53,295 nucleotides of DNA from a virus. Its lineage: Duplodnaviria > Caudoviricetes. The stretch covers positions 1 to 53,295 of IMG/VR virus record IMGVR_UViG_3300021085_000042; one strand, written 5' to 3'. Position 1 is the first letter of the stretch; each line of letters starts with the position of its first letter. The notes below the pieces were generated by a model. The model saw only the letters and a list, made by a program, of their open reading frames with translations, was not told the DNA's origin and did no database searches. This document shows positions 36,086 to 45,483 of the stretch, piece by piece. The position numbers and the translations under genes were made by a program.

Positions 36086-36532
36086 TTATGACATATCTCT
36101 CCTGTTTTTTGTTAACTCTTCAGACCTCTCCATTTGCATTCTGATCCACTTAGCGCAATCTTTAGCGCCAAATGCTTCTTCAGCAAGTTCAGGCATTCTA
36201 TCGTCTTCGCCTACACCACGCATAACTGAACTAGATAGCATCAAAGCTCCAGCCATTATCATACAGATGTGAGGTAATCCAGAACCAGTGGGACCATCAT
36301 CATAATCTTTTCGGCGTTCAAAGTCATCGATGTGTCTTTTAAGACTATCAATCATTTGTTGCCAGGGAAGTCCCTTCTCCCAGTTTCGATCTGCATACTT
36401 AGTAGCACCATATTCAAGAGCGGCTGCCCCTGCGGCTAGTCCCTCAAGAGGGAGTTGTCTAAAGTATGGAACACCAATACATTCACGTAACGCACCGCTC
36501 TCTGCGGCTTTGAATTCCTCTTTCTTACTCAT
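36086..36532 (-). CDS. dATP/dGTP diphosphohydrolase-like protein (DUF5664)
   Basis: ESGALR, LEYGATKYADRNWEKG, SLKRH, SGLPH. Confidence 0.8.
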   Translation of the reverse strand: MSKKEEFKAAESGALRECIGVPYFRQLPLEGLAAGAAALEYGATKYADRNWEKGLPWQQMIDSLKRHIDDFERRKDYDDGPTGSGLPHICMIMAGALMLSSSVMRGVGEDDRMPELAEEAFGAKDCAKWIRMQMERSEELTKNRRDMS

Positions 36533-37164
36533 CGTGTAGTTTGCTCCAAATCATTTTCGGCTCTACATATAGCCTGTAATCTAAGAACATCTGCCGCAAC
36601 ATCATGAGAACTATCATGAGCCACAAACGTTCTCTCCCAGTAACCTTCATCTGCGAGTGGAACAAAACCACTTCTAGTTGAAAAGTCAAACTTAGCATCA
36701 ATATAAGTTCTGATGTCACGTACTTTCCAAAACTTCAAGTACTCATTCATCAACTTGTCTTGACCATAAGCATTCATGAGTCTGAACAAAATAACTGGAT
36801 CGAAAGAATTGCCTCTAGACCACCAATAATCAATCTTGTTCTGCTCTCTTAAATATTGTAGTATAGTATCACAAAAAGCTTCGGCTGTCAAGTCACTTTC
36901 GCTAGGAATAATTTTGTCTCTTGCGATCTTAGGAAGATTCTCCCACCAGTGAACATCTGCTTTCTTAAACTTACAGTTGAGATTAGACATCTGATCGGAA
37001 ATAGATAGCTTGACCGATTTAACCTCAGGCACTAACTCTTCGAATGTATATGGATTCTCTGTAAATCTTTCCCATTCAAAAGTTGTGTATGCCATATCGA
37101 CTACAGGGCAAACAAGAACGTCTGCCCCAATAGTCTCAAAATCAAAAATAAAGTGTTTACTCAT
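36529..37164 (-). CDS. dexA: DnaQ-like 3'-5' exonuclease (DexA-like)
   Basis: FDFETIG, WSRGNSFD, RDIRT, HDSSHD. Confidence 0.8.
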   Translation of the reverse strand: MSKHFIFDFETIGADVLVCPVVDMAYTTFEWERFTENPYTFEELVPEVKSVKLSISDQMSNLNCKFKKADVHWWENLPKIARDKIIPSESDLTAEAFCDTILQYLREQNKIDYWWSRGNSFDPVILFRLMNAYGQDKLMNEYLKFWKVRDIRTYIDAKFDFSTRSGFVPLADEGYWERTFVAHDSSHDVAADVLRLQAICRAENDLEQTTR

Positions 37165-37493
37165 TAAATCTCCTCAAATCCAAAACCGGCAACCTTATAC
37201 TTTTTGTTGCCTATTAACATCTGGTCACCCATCGAAGTAGATCGTAGACCGTAGGTCACACCTTCGTGAACTGGCAAATCTGCCATAACAGTTACATCTG
37301 AATTATAATCACCATTGTTTTCAATGTCACCTCGACTCCAAGAACCTGATACGTTGTTAGTCCAACGATAGGCATATTCTAGAGCCTCATCAGTTGACCG
37401 AGCGTCTTCAGGAATATTTACAAAGGCGACAGTACGTGGACTGTCTTCGAAGGCTGTATGAATCACTGCTACTTGCATAATATAATCTCTCAT
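37164..37493 (-). CDS. Hypothetical early protein
   Basis: Own promoter; GLRSTSMGD motif. Confidence 0.65.
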   Translation of the reverse strand: MRDYIMQVAVIHTAFEDSPRTVAFVNIPEDARSTDEALEYAYRWTNNVSGSWSRGDIENNGDYNSDVTVMADLPVHEGVTYGLRSTSMGDQMLIGNKKYKVAGFGFEEI

Positions 37494-37506
37494 TGTTTAC
37501 TTGATC

Positions 37507-37535
37507 AGTATACATGGAGTTGACACGAATGTCAA
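37507..37535 (-). promoter_or_regulatory. Early promoter
   Basis: TTGACA-N17-TATACT. Confidence 0.8.
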
Positions 37536-37550
37536 CCCCTAATTTCAATT

Positions 37551-37919
37551 TTATGAAATTAATTCGTATGGCTTGTTCCACTGACCAACATTGATGTCAG
37601 TGTAATGTGAACGACTAAAGTAGTCAGTCATGGCATCATCATTGTTGAAGTACTTAGGACCTTTCATTGCCGCTAACAGCTTGTTTAGAAACTTCTGAGC
37701 AACACCTTTGTAATGCTCATCAATCCAGTACTCATTGACTTGGATGTAACGATCACCGTGAGTGTAGTTCTCAGAGAAGTCGATCTCACCAGCTTTGAGA
37801 TTCACACACAAAGTTGAATGGTTACGGACAGAGATACTGCCCTTCATGCCGAATTCTTTAAGGACTGCTTTGATAGCAGGAGCAAGGTCTTTCTTCATTT
37901 CTTGTGATACATAAGCCAT
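37551..37919 (-). CDS. Hypothetical early protein
   Basis: MAYVSQEMKK...DDAMTDYF...INVGQWNKPY. Confidence 0.7.
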   Translation of the reverse strand: MAYVSQEMKKDLAPAIKAVLKEFGMKGSISVRNHSTLCVNLKAGEIDFSENYTHGDRYIQVNEYWIDEHYKGVAQKFLNKLLAAMKGPKYFNNDDAMTDYFSRSHYTDINVGQWNKPYELIS

Positions 37920-37951
37920 AATTTATTTCTCTCTCAATTGATTACTTAGTA

Positions 37952-37979
37952 AGTATAGCAGGTCTGACAACAATGTCAA
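37952..37979 (-). promoter_or_regulatory. Early promoter
   Basis: TTGACA-N16-TATACT. Confidence 0.75.
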
Positions 37980-37984
37980 CCCTT

Positions 37985-38218
37985 TTATGCAAATAATTTA
38001 GACATATCTGCATATACTTTGTTATAAGCATTCACTTCATAACACCAGTTACTAAAGAAATCGTCATCATCGGCATCAGGAGTAGCGCAATGTTCTACCC
38101 AAATCCTGTCCATTGACTTCATTCCCTCAAGACAATCACCTCTACCGTGACTGCTCATAGTTTGCCACGCTTGGCTCAACTCAACTTCTTCTTGGTGAAA
38201 ACTAGGAATTCTAAACAT
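37985..38218 (-). CDS. Hypothetical early protein
   Basis: Start MFRIP downstream of its promoter. Confidence 0.6.
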   Translation of the reverse strand: MFRIPSFHQEEVELSQAWQTMSSHGRGDCLEGMKSMDRIWVEHCATPDADDDDFFSNWCYEVNAYNKVYADMSKLFA

Positions 38219-38250
38219 ATCTTCTCTCTCTTTTTTTAACTTATACATGT

Positions 38251-38278
38251 AGTATAGCAGATAGGAAGGTAATGTCAA
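38251..38278 (-). promoter_or_regulatory. Early promoter
   Basis: TTGACA-N16-TATACT. Confidence 0.75.
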
Positions 38279-38288
38279 CCTTTTTTTG

Positions 38289-39827
38289 TCATTTAACTAA
38301 AGTATTTTTCCAGTCAAAGTCTTTTACTAGTTCCATACCATAGTTGTTGGTGCCAGTAGGTCTATCATAGCCAGACTTGAACTTTAGCTTATTAGTCTTG
38401 AATGGACCATAGTCTACAAAGTGATGCCATCTACCATATCTCCAGACAAGTCTTGCCACGTCTGGATGCATGTCAACTAGCATCTGAGACTTATTCACAG
38501 TACCTTCAGTATTGTATCCAGTCTCTTTAAACTCCTCATTCTCAGTGTTCTCAGCATGATAGAATTCAGCAGTATTACCACCGCTCACTGTTTGAGTTGC
38601 GGCTTTACCTTGCATAAACGCATTGAACTGTAGACACGAATCTCCGTCTTTCATCACTCTGAGACAGATATCAGTATCTTCATTATATCTACCACGCCAT
38701 CTATGCTTACAATCATTCCGAATAAGAAGAGTAGAATATATACGGGTGTTGGCAACGTAAGCAGGATACTTTTGATTCGGGTCAATAAAGAACCTATACT
38801 GTGGACCAGCAATGTAAACATTATCATATCTCCCTACGAAGTCTTCCATTACTTGAAAGCCTACACCACTCTCAAATCGAATACGTTCATTATTGTGAAG
38901 TCTATAGAAGTCTGAGATGTTGTCATCTAATACCCAGTGACTTGTAGCACCGATACTGATCGAATGATCCCATGCCCAGTTTCTAGCACGACCAGGACCA
39001 TCTCCGTGATTGGAGAAAGGTGCAACCAGAAGTGTCACGTAATCTCTCATATTGAATACATCAAGTGCTTTATCATAGCTATCGAGGTCTTGAGGCTCAA
39101 TTACTATGTAATGAGGTATTTGCATACGAGATAGTGATCTAGAAGTAAACATTGAATCTGCACGACCCTTAGATACGATATACATCGGATGCTCAGGTAA
39201 AGTTCTACCTTCTGGCTGAATCCAACGTAGTAACAGGTTCTTTGTGATGTGTTGTTCTGGATGCCAAATGCTTTTAGTCTTCTCAGTTATCTCTTGACCA
39301 ATCTTCTGCGAGAACTCTTTATAATCTTCTTCGTTTCTGAAGTTTAACGTAATCGCTCTGAACTTGATCTTGTCCTCTTGAGTGTATTCTGGCATACCAA
39401 CCCAGTGCTTCTTCCAGTTTGATTCATACTCTGATTCAACAGACTTCACTTTACTGAAGCCTGGTCCATTGTATTCTGGAACAAGAAGATCGGCAGATAT
39501 TTCTACCTGTTCATCTTCTTTAATCAACGAGTTTGATGGTGCCGCTGGATACGATGTCTCTTTGACATAGCCAGGAATCATCTGATTGATCTTAGTACAA
39601 AAATCTACCATATCATCTTGCGTTCTAAAGTGAACGTAGATTGATTTCCAGATATCGTTCTGCACAACTTTCTTGACTCTAGTAGCATCTACTAGCTTGT
39701 CAGGAATAGGCTCATCAAAAAACTTATCTAAGCTTATGCTGTAAGAGTCATTCTTACGTGCCTCATCATCCATGTAGTTATCGTAGTTGGCACTTTCTTC
39801 GATCATGGGTTTTGTGTTATCTGTCAT
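38289..39827 (-). CDS. GREB1/TAGT-like GT-A glycosyltransferase with duplicated N-terminal domain
   Basis: PMYIVSKGR, IVIEPQD, GPGRARNWAW, HWVLDDNI, RYNEDTD, GGNT. Confidence 0.75.
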   Translation of the reverse strand: MTDNTKPMIEESANYDNYMDDEARKNDSYSISLDKFFDEPIPDKLVDATRVKKVVQNDIWKSIYVHFRTQDDMVDFCTKINQMIPGYVKETSYPAAPSNSLIKEDEQVEISADLLVPEYNGPGFSKVKSVESEYESNWKKHWVGMPEYTQEDKIKFRAITLNFRNEEDYKEFSQKIGQEITEKTKSIWHPEQHITKNLLLRWIQPEGRTLPEHPMYIVSKGRADSMFTSRSLSRMQIPHYIVIEPQDLDSYDKALDVFNMRDYVTLLVAPFSNHGDGPGRARNWAWDHSISIGATSHWVLDDNISDFYRLHNNERIRFESGVGFQVMEDFVGRYDNVYIAGPQYRFFIDPNQKYPAYVANTRIYSTLLIRNDCKHRWRGRYNEDTDICLRVMKDGDSCLQFNAFMQGKAATQTVSGGNTAEFYHAENTENEEFKETGYNTEGTVNKSQMLVDMHPDVARLVWRYGRWHHFVDYGPFKTNKLKFKSGYDRPTGTNNYGMELVKDFDWKNTLVK

Positions 39828-40915
39828 GTAAAAAACTCCGTTAAATCTGAACGAGATTTATTCTTATCACTATAGCGCATATCGATTACTTTGTCAATAC
39901 AAGATTTCCACTTAGACAAACTATGTTTCTCTCGGGTCATCTCTGCGATTTCATCTCTACGGTTTTTCATCGTAATAGCGAATTCTCGTACAGTTGTTTC
40001 AAACTCATCGCTTGAACACTTTCTGTTAATCTTAAAGTAGTGTGACCTGCTAGCGGCAACGATTTCACTCGCATGAATATCGTTATCACCAGTCATTAGA
40101 ATAGTAGGTACACCACAGCCTAATGCTTCCATTGCAGTGATTCCCCACGATTCTTTAGGCCAAGTAGAACAGAAAACTTTCGATCTAGAGATGTGTTCTA
40201 TGACCTCGCTGTGAGGTAGACCTCTCATAGTATGTCTAGGTTCTGTCCAGTGCTGATTGTCCTGTACATAGTCGTTCACTGTTGAACTTTTATATACACC
40301 ATCGTTAGTCATCACAAGACTATTTAGGTCGGACGAATTTCGTAGTTTTTGATGTATCAAGAATGGTGCCTTTTCGTTGTCACATCTACCTACAGTCGAT
40401 ACATCGTAGATAAGGTCAGATGAATAAGGCATATCATCTGGCAAGAATGACGGGTTGATGAAACCTTTGATTGCACCGAACTGCACATCTTTGATACGCT
40501 TTGCCATATTTCGATGAAACTCTAATTGATCTGGACTTACAAAGTAGATATGGCAACCACTATCATTCAAATCTCTAAGAATGATTCCAAGTTCTACCAT
40601 ACGTATGTCCCGCACAAGTGGTTCATGCATAATACAAATTAATGGTACATTAAAAGACATCATCATGTTCGACCACCAAGGGTTATTGAACAGAATCATA
40701 TCTGGATCATGCAATGCTATCGCATCACGGATAACTCGCTTGGTTTGCCTATTCTCTTTATCTTGCTTAGTGATAGCTACAGGTATAATACCATCGATAT
40801 TATCTTCTAAGTCTTTACAAAACTTTTCAATTCCGCCAGTAATAACTTTACCTTTAGCGGAGTTGTCAGTCTTTACAACTTCAAAGTGGGTTGAGTAAGG
40901 CAGAAGTATCTTCAT
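39824..40915 (-). CDS. GT-B fold (GT4-like) glycosyltransferase
   Basis: GGIEKF, VGR...K.P, ESWGITAMEALGCGVP (Ex7E). Confidence 0.8.
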   Translation of the reverse strand: MKILLPYSTHFEVVKTDNSAKGKVITGGIEKFCKDLEDNIDGIIPVAITKQDKENRQTKRVIRDAIALHDPDMILFNNPWWSNMMMSFNVPLICIMHEPLVRDIRMVELGIILRDLNDSGCHIYFVSPDQLEFHRNMAKRIKDVQFGAIKGFINPSFLPDDMPYSSDLIYDVSTVGRCDNEKAPFLIHQKLRNSSDLNSLVMTNDGVYKSSTVNDYVQDNQHWTEPRHTMRGLPHSEVIEHISRSKVFCSTWPKESWGITAMEALGCGVPTILMTGDNDIHASEIVAASRSHYFKINRKCSSDEFETTVREFAITMKNRRDEIAEMTREKHSLSKWKSCIDKVIDMRYSDKNKSRSDLTEFFT

Positions 40916-41367
40916 TTATTTTTATTCACGAAATCCGACTCAGCCCACACTACACTTTGACGTAGATTGGAAGATGAAAATCTGTGGTCTCTATTGTTGA
41001 AATGTAGATCGATGTCTAGTTTGTCACAAACTTCTCTACCTGTGAAATCTTTGTCTTTATATTCGTCACCCAATATTCGAACATCAATCTTGTACATCTC
41101 AAGGATATCAAGCAAATCTCGTTCGGTAGAATATACTACTATCTCGTCCACATACTTAATGGCAGATAGTTGAGTATAACGCTCAACAATACTTTGGATA
41201 GGAGAGTTCTTCTTTGGTCGATCCACAGAAGGATCGATTTGCAGACCACATATCAAGTAGTCACATTGATTTTTCGCTTCACGTAACATCATCACATGTC
41301 CGGCATGTAACAAGTCAAACGTACTAGCAGTGAAGCCTACTCTTTGTATATTCATAGTGTTTTCCAC
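40912..41367 (-). CDS. Cytidylyltransferase (TagD/RfaE-like)
   Basis: TFDLLHAGH, YLICGLQ, YVDEI, RILGDEY, SSSNLR. Confidence 0.88.
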   Translation of the reverse strand: MENTMNIQRVGFTASTFDLLHAGHVMMLREAKNQCDYLICGLQIDPSVDRPKKNSPIQSIVERYTQLSAIKYVDEIVVYSTERDLLDILEMYKIDVRILGDEYKDKDFTGREVCDKLDIDLHFNNRDHRFSSSNLRQSVVWAESDFVNKNK

Positions 41368-41399
41368 GTGTCTTGCCTTCCTCTCATATTATAGATTGT

Positions 41400-41428
41400 A
41401 TCATATCACATTACAAGGTGCCTGTCAA
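41400..41428 (-). promoter_or_regulatory. Sigma70-type promoter for the glycosylation operon
   Basis: TTGACA-N17-TATGAT. Confidence 0.7.
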
Positions 41429-41443
41429 GACACGTGTACTGTA

Positions 41444-41626
41444 TTATTTAAACTGATCAGTAACCACTTTGCGTAGCGTAACGATCTCATCTTTGATAGT
41501 AAGCTTCTCTACTTTCATTCTTTTAACAAATTGTTCTGGTGCTTTTTCTGCTTCTGCGGCTTCGATACAGGCATGCAAGTGTTTATGCCTTCTTTCAAGC
41601 GCAACTAATCTATCTTGGGACGCCAT
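41444..41626 (-). CDS. DUF465/YdcH-like coiled-coil protein
   Basis: LERRHKHL...MKVEKLTIKDEI. Confidence 0.7.
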   Translation of the reverse strand: MASQDRLVALERRHKHLHACIEAAEAEKAPEQFVKRMKVEKLTIKDEIVTLRKVVTDQFK

Positions 41627-41635
41627 GTTAATCTC

Positions 41636-43348
41636 CTATGTTGTTGCAATTCTACTGAAGTTCTTAACCTTTTCAAATTTTATCACACTGTGGAATTTAT
41701 CATATAGTTGGTCACCTTTATGACTGATGATAAAGATATTTGAATCGGCAGTCAACTCTTCAATGATCTTGAGGAACTCTTCAGTACCAGCACTATCTAA
41801 AGAAGAATCCATAATCTCGTCCATGATTAGCAAGTTAGTTGACACAGAGTTACGTAGTTTAGATACGGCTCTCCATGTAAAGAGAAGCGCAAGGTCAATC
41901 CTCAACTTCTCGCCCTCTGAAAAAGAGGAATAAGAAAACTCGTCACGAAAACGAGACTTGATCGTTTCGTTAAAGTTCTCATCTAATTCAAACTGAACAA
42001 AGAAATCCATTGCGGATAGATATTTGTTAATCAGCTTATTCATCACAGGTACATATTGTTTGATAATGCGGGTCTTGATACCACCATCTTTTAGCATAGA
42101 CGCTACCACTGCTAGAATCTCTTTATGATCAAACAGTTCAGTCTGGCTTTCGTGGTGATTAACAAGTTCTGCTTCTAATTGATTAATGTCAGATGTATCG
42201 ATCTCTTCAACTTCTTGCTGTGCGCCATCAAGTTCTTTCTTAATAGACTTGCATGTATTCATGCCAATCTTGACGTTTGCTCTATGCTCACTGACAGAGA
42301 TATTCTTTTCAGATATAGTATCTTCTACAAGATCAATAGCACATAGGCGCTCATCGACCACTACACTCTTATGTCCAATCTCTTCTTTTGCTGTTTCGAT
42401 TTCTGTTGCTTTTGATCGTGAGGATTCGATTGTTTCTTCTTTAAATTCGTGTTCGATCCCTTGTTTACAGGTTGGACAGTTGTCATGCTTTTGGTAGAAT
42501 TCAACGTCTTTACGTAACTTGTTAAGCCTGGTTGTAAGATCATGATTTACCTCTTGAAACTCTGCTAACTTCTTTTTCTGTTCGGCTTTGTCACCGATAC
42601 TGTTATTTAGTTCTTCGATAGCATCAAGTAATACTTCCATCTTTGCTTGCTCTTCTTCAACAAACATAACTTGGTCTTTCAACTTATCTTTTAGCTTACC
42701 TACTTCAGTCTCTTTGATTTTTCTAATAGACTCGTTATGCGTCTTAGCACTGTCAATCTTATTATCAAGTAGATCAATCTGATACTTGATATCAGTGATT
42801 TCACTCTTATTGTCAGACAGTCTTTCTTTCAACAAAGTATTCATTGTAGTGAAGATTTGAATGTCCAGAAGGTCTTCAATGATGTCTCTTCGCTCACCAG
42901 TTTTCAACTGCATGAATGGTACAAAAGTAGAACTGCCTAAGACAACTACTTGACCAAAAGACTTATAGTTAAGCTTTAGAATAGTTTCTTCTAAATATGT
43001 CTGGTAGTCACGGGCAGCCGCATCTTGGTTTAACAGTTCGCCATTCTTCCACACTTCGAATATGCCTGGCTTAATGCCACGCTTAATCACATAAGCATTG
43101 CCGCTTATACTGAAGTATGCTTCTACTAGCAGTTCCTTATTGTTAACACTGTTTAGTAGCTGGTACTTATTGATCTTTCTAAAGGGTTTACCATACAACG
43201 CAAAAGTCAGAGCATCAAGCATGGTCGACTTACCAGCTCCATTATCTCCAACGATAAGCGTAGACTTGCTTCGGTTTAAAAAAACTTCCGTGAAAGTATT
43301 ACCAGTACTTAAAATGTTCTTATAACGAACCTTTTCAAATAGTATCAT
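41636..43348 (-). CDS. gp46: Recombination endonuclease ATPase gp46 (Rad50-like)
   Basis: GDNGAGKST, CPTC hook, FSEGEK, IMDE. Confidence 0.95.
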   Translation of the reverse strand: MILFEKVRYKNILSTGNTFTEVFLNRSKSTLIVGDNGAGKSTMLDALTFALYGKPFRKINKYQLLNSVNNKELLVEAYFSISGNAYVIKRGIKPGIFEVWKNGELLNQDAAARDYQTYLEETILKLNYKSFGQVVVLGSSTFVPFMQLKTGERRDIIEDLLDIQIFTTMNTLLKERLSDNKSEITDIKYQIDLLDNKIDSAKTHNESIRKIKETEVGKLKDKLKDQVMFVEEEQAKMEVLLDAIEELNNSIGDKAEQKKKLAEFQEVNHDLTTRLNKLRKDVEFYQKHDNCPTCKQGIEHEFKEETIESSRSKATEIETAKEEIGHKSVVVDERLCAIDLVEDTISEKNISVSEHRANVKIGMNTCKSIKKELDGAQQEVEEIDTSDINQLEAELVNHHESQTELFDHKEILAVVASMLKDGGIKTRIIKQYVPVMNKLINKYLSAMDFFVQFELDENFNETIKSRFRDEFSYSSFSEGEKLRIDLALLFTWRAVSKLRNSVSTNLLIMDEIMDSSLDSAGTEEFLKIIEELTADSNIFIISHKGDQLYDKFHSVIKFEKVKNFSRIATT

Positions 43349-44412
43349 AAATTAATAGCCTCATTATGTAACTCTTGCAGAACCTTTTCAATCTTAGTTT
43401 TGTCTGTACTAATCTCTAAGTTCTGGACGTATTGCTTCAATATAGTCAACGTATCTTGTGCTTCATCAACCAGTTCACTCTCATCGATCACATCTAAGTT
43501 CATATGATCTTCGACAACCTTAATATCGCAAGGTGAGGCTGCCTGTAGTCTATCTAAGAATAAGTCAAAGATATAAGGGTTAGTCTTGTTTCTGACAATA
43601 ACTTTAATGAAAGTGTCTTTCAATTGAGTTGTGTCTAGATTTGCTATGTCTTCAATAGTCATATCAGCATCATCGTACATAATCTTATGAAATAAGCTGA
43701 ATGGATTACGAATATATTCTATAGTACGTGAATCAGTATCAAACACACTGAATCCACGTTTTTGATCATGATCAGACCAAGTCATTTCATATTGAGCGCC
43801 TAAGTAAGATATATTACCAATAGAAGATGGCTGATGAAAGTGACCAGAATATACTGAATCAAACTTAGCAAACGTACTACGGTCCATACCATCAGCACAT
43901 AGATGTCCTTTGTCCATCTCGTAACCAGTGATCTCAAAGTGACCCATGAGTATCTGCGCTTTCGTATCAGCCATTGCTTTCATGGACTCTGACCAGTTAT
44001 CAGAACACAGCCAAGGAGCAAGCATAATCTTACACCCGTCCATATCTAACTCAACTGGCTTTTCCCAATACAAATGTAGATTTTTATGGCTCGTATTACC
44101 ATATAACTGTCTGAGACTGTTTACATCATTAGTGTTCTTAAAGTAAGTATCATGGTTGCCAGCAATCATATACATTTCAATGCCTTCGTCAGCACATACT
44201 TTCATGAAATGATCTTCAAGGTTCTTAGCAGTAACGAAATTAATATACTTACGCCGATCTGTGACATCGCCTAAATGAAAGATAGTCTTGATATTATTTT
44301 CACGTAGATGTGGGAAGAAAACTTCCCGATAGAACTTTATCTGATGTTCAGCAATTGCGGCATTATCATTTCTCGCACCCCAATGTGTATCATTTAGGAT
44401 AGCAATCTTCAT
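43345..44412 (-). CDS. gp47: Recombination nuclease gp47 (Mre11-like)
   Basis: DTHWG, LGDVTDRRK, GNHD, SGHFH. Confidence 0.95.
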   Translation of the reverse strand: MKIAILNDTHWGARNDNAAIAEHQIKFYREVFFPHLRENNIKTIFHLGDVTDRRKYINFVTAKNLEDHFMKVCADEGIEMYMIAGNHDTYFKNTNDVNSLRQLYGNTSHKNLHLYWEKPVELDMDGCKIMLAPWLCSDNWSESMKAMADTKAQILMGHFEITGYEMDKGHLCADGMDRSTFAKFDSVYSGHFHQPSSIGNISYLGAQYEMTWSDHDQKRGFSVFDTDSRTIEYIRNPFSLFHKIMYDDADMTIEDIANLDTTQLKDTFIKVIVRNKTNPYIFDLFLDRLQAASPCDIKVVEDHMNLDVIDESELVDEAQDTLTILKQYVQNLEISTDKTKIEKVLQELHNEAINL

Positions 44413-44984
44413 TCTTTTTCCTCTTTCGTTTTATCCTCATCGATGAACTTCTCTAAGCCTTTCTTGGATTTGGTCTGGGCTTTCTTCTTGTCTTCCATCT
44501 TCTTTTCGTATCCACGAACAAAGTCGGTCATGTAGTCATTATTCAAATCGATATAAGCAGGTTCACCATTAGTGTCAACAGTGCCTTCTGCACGATCAAC
44601 AGCAGTGCCAGTCATAACAGAATTCTCTGTGACCTTATGTTTGATATACAGTTGCTTCTTCTCTTTCTCAATTCTCCGCAGAAATGCGTACCAAATAATC
44701 TGTGTAAAATAAGCAAACGGATTATGGGACTTGTTCGGATCAAAGTTACCTAGTGCTTGTATCGCATTCTCCAAACCATCGCTGATCATCTCATCTTTAT
44801 ATGAGTAGCCAGAGAAGTTAGGCTTAGATGCAAGCCTAGTAGATATCTGATAGATACACTGACCTATATAGTTGGGTATCTGTGGTCTTTTGTCACCCGA
44901 GTCCTCTGCTTCATTGCATAGCTTTTTATATGCTATGATAGCTTCCAGAAACTCTGGATTGTTAACGTAATTTCTCTTTGCCAT
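44409..44984 (-). CDS. gp55: Late sigma factor gp55
   Basis: NYVNN, PNFSGYSYKDEMISDG, NPFAYFTQIIWYAFLRRI. Confidence 0.93.
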   Translation of the reverse strand: MAKRNYVNNPEFLEAIIAYKKLCNEAEDSGDKRPQIPNYIGQCIYQISTRLASKPNFSGYSYKDEMISDGLENAIQALGNFDPNKSHNPFAYFTQIIWYAFLRRIEKEKKQLYIKHKVTENSVMTGTAVDRAEGTVDTNGEPAYIDLNNDYMTDFVRGYEKKMEDKKKAQTKSKKGLEKFIDEDKTKEEKE

Positions 44985-45008
44985 GCATTTCACTCCTTAT
45001 TGTGTACA

Positions 45009-45037
45009 AGTATAACCTATCATGGGCTGTTTGTCAA
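45009..45037 (-). promoter_or_regulatory. Sigma70-type promoter for gp55
   Basis: TTGACA-N17-TATACT. Confidence 0.8.
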
Positions 45038-45071
45038 GCACTATTTTTCTCGATTTATTTTTAAAAAAGAC

Positions 45072-45099
45072 TTGACACAGGCTAGATTTCGTGTATAAT
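45072..45099 (+). promoter_or_regulatory. Divergent plus-strand sigma70 promoter with no sense gene
   Basis: TTGACA-N16-TATAAT with TG upstream of the -10. Confidence 0.6.
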
Positions 45100-45123
45100 A
45101 GAGTTATACGATGTTTAAGTATA

Positions 45124-45483
45124 TTAATGTTTTATTGAGTCTTTAGACTCTAGGTAAGCTACGAGAACGTCTTCAATCTCTTCGTACTCTTCTTGTCTCT
45201 CTTCTTCTCTGGCTCTTAGACTCTTTAGTTCTGTGAGTCGTTCAGCAAATGAATCGTAGTATTCGATTGCTTTAACATTTGCTTCTCCCCAAAAGATTAT
45301 ATCTCCGAGTGACAGGTCCACGCTGTTGGCTTCTGATAAGAGCATCCAACTCTTAGCAAAGAATCCGTGAACTGGGTGTATTTTGACTTGTATTGGATTT
45401 TCAACAGTAACTTCATTATCATCACGCTTAACGAGATTACCTATTAAATCATCACCTGTTTTCATCTTGATATGAATAAGCAT
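45124..45483 (-). CDS. Conserved Sm-like hypothetical protein
   Basis: IKMKTGDDLIG...VENP; follows uvsW. Confidence 0.6.
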   Translation of the reverse strand: MLIHIKMKTGDDLIGNLVKRDDNEVTVENPIQVKIHPVHGFFAKSWMLLSEANSVDLSLGDIIFWGEANVKAIEYYDSFAERLTELKSLRAREEERQEEYEEIEDVLVAYLESKDSIKH

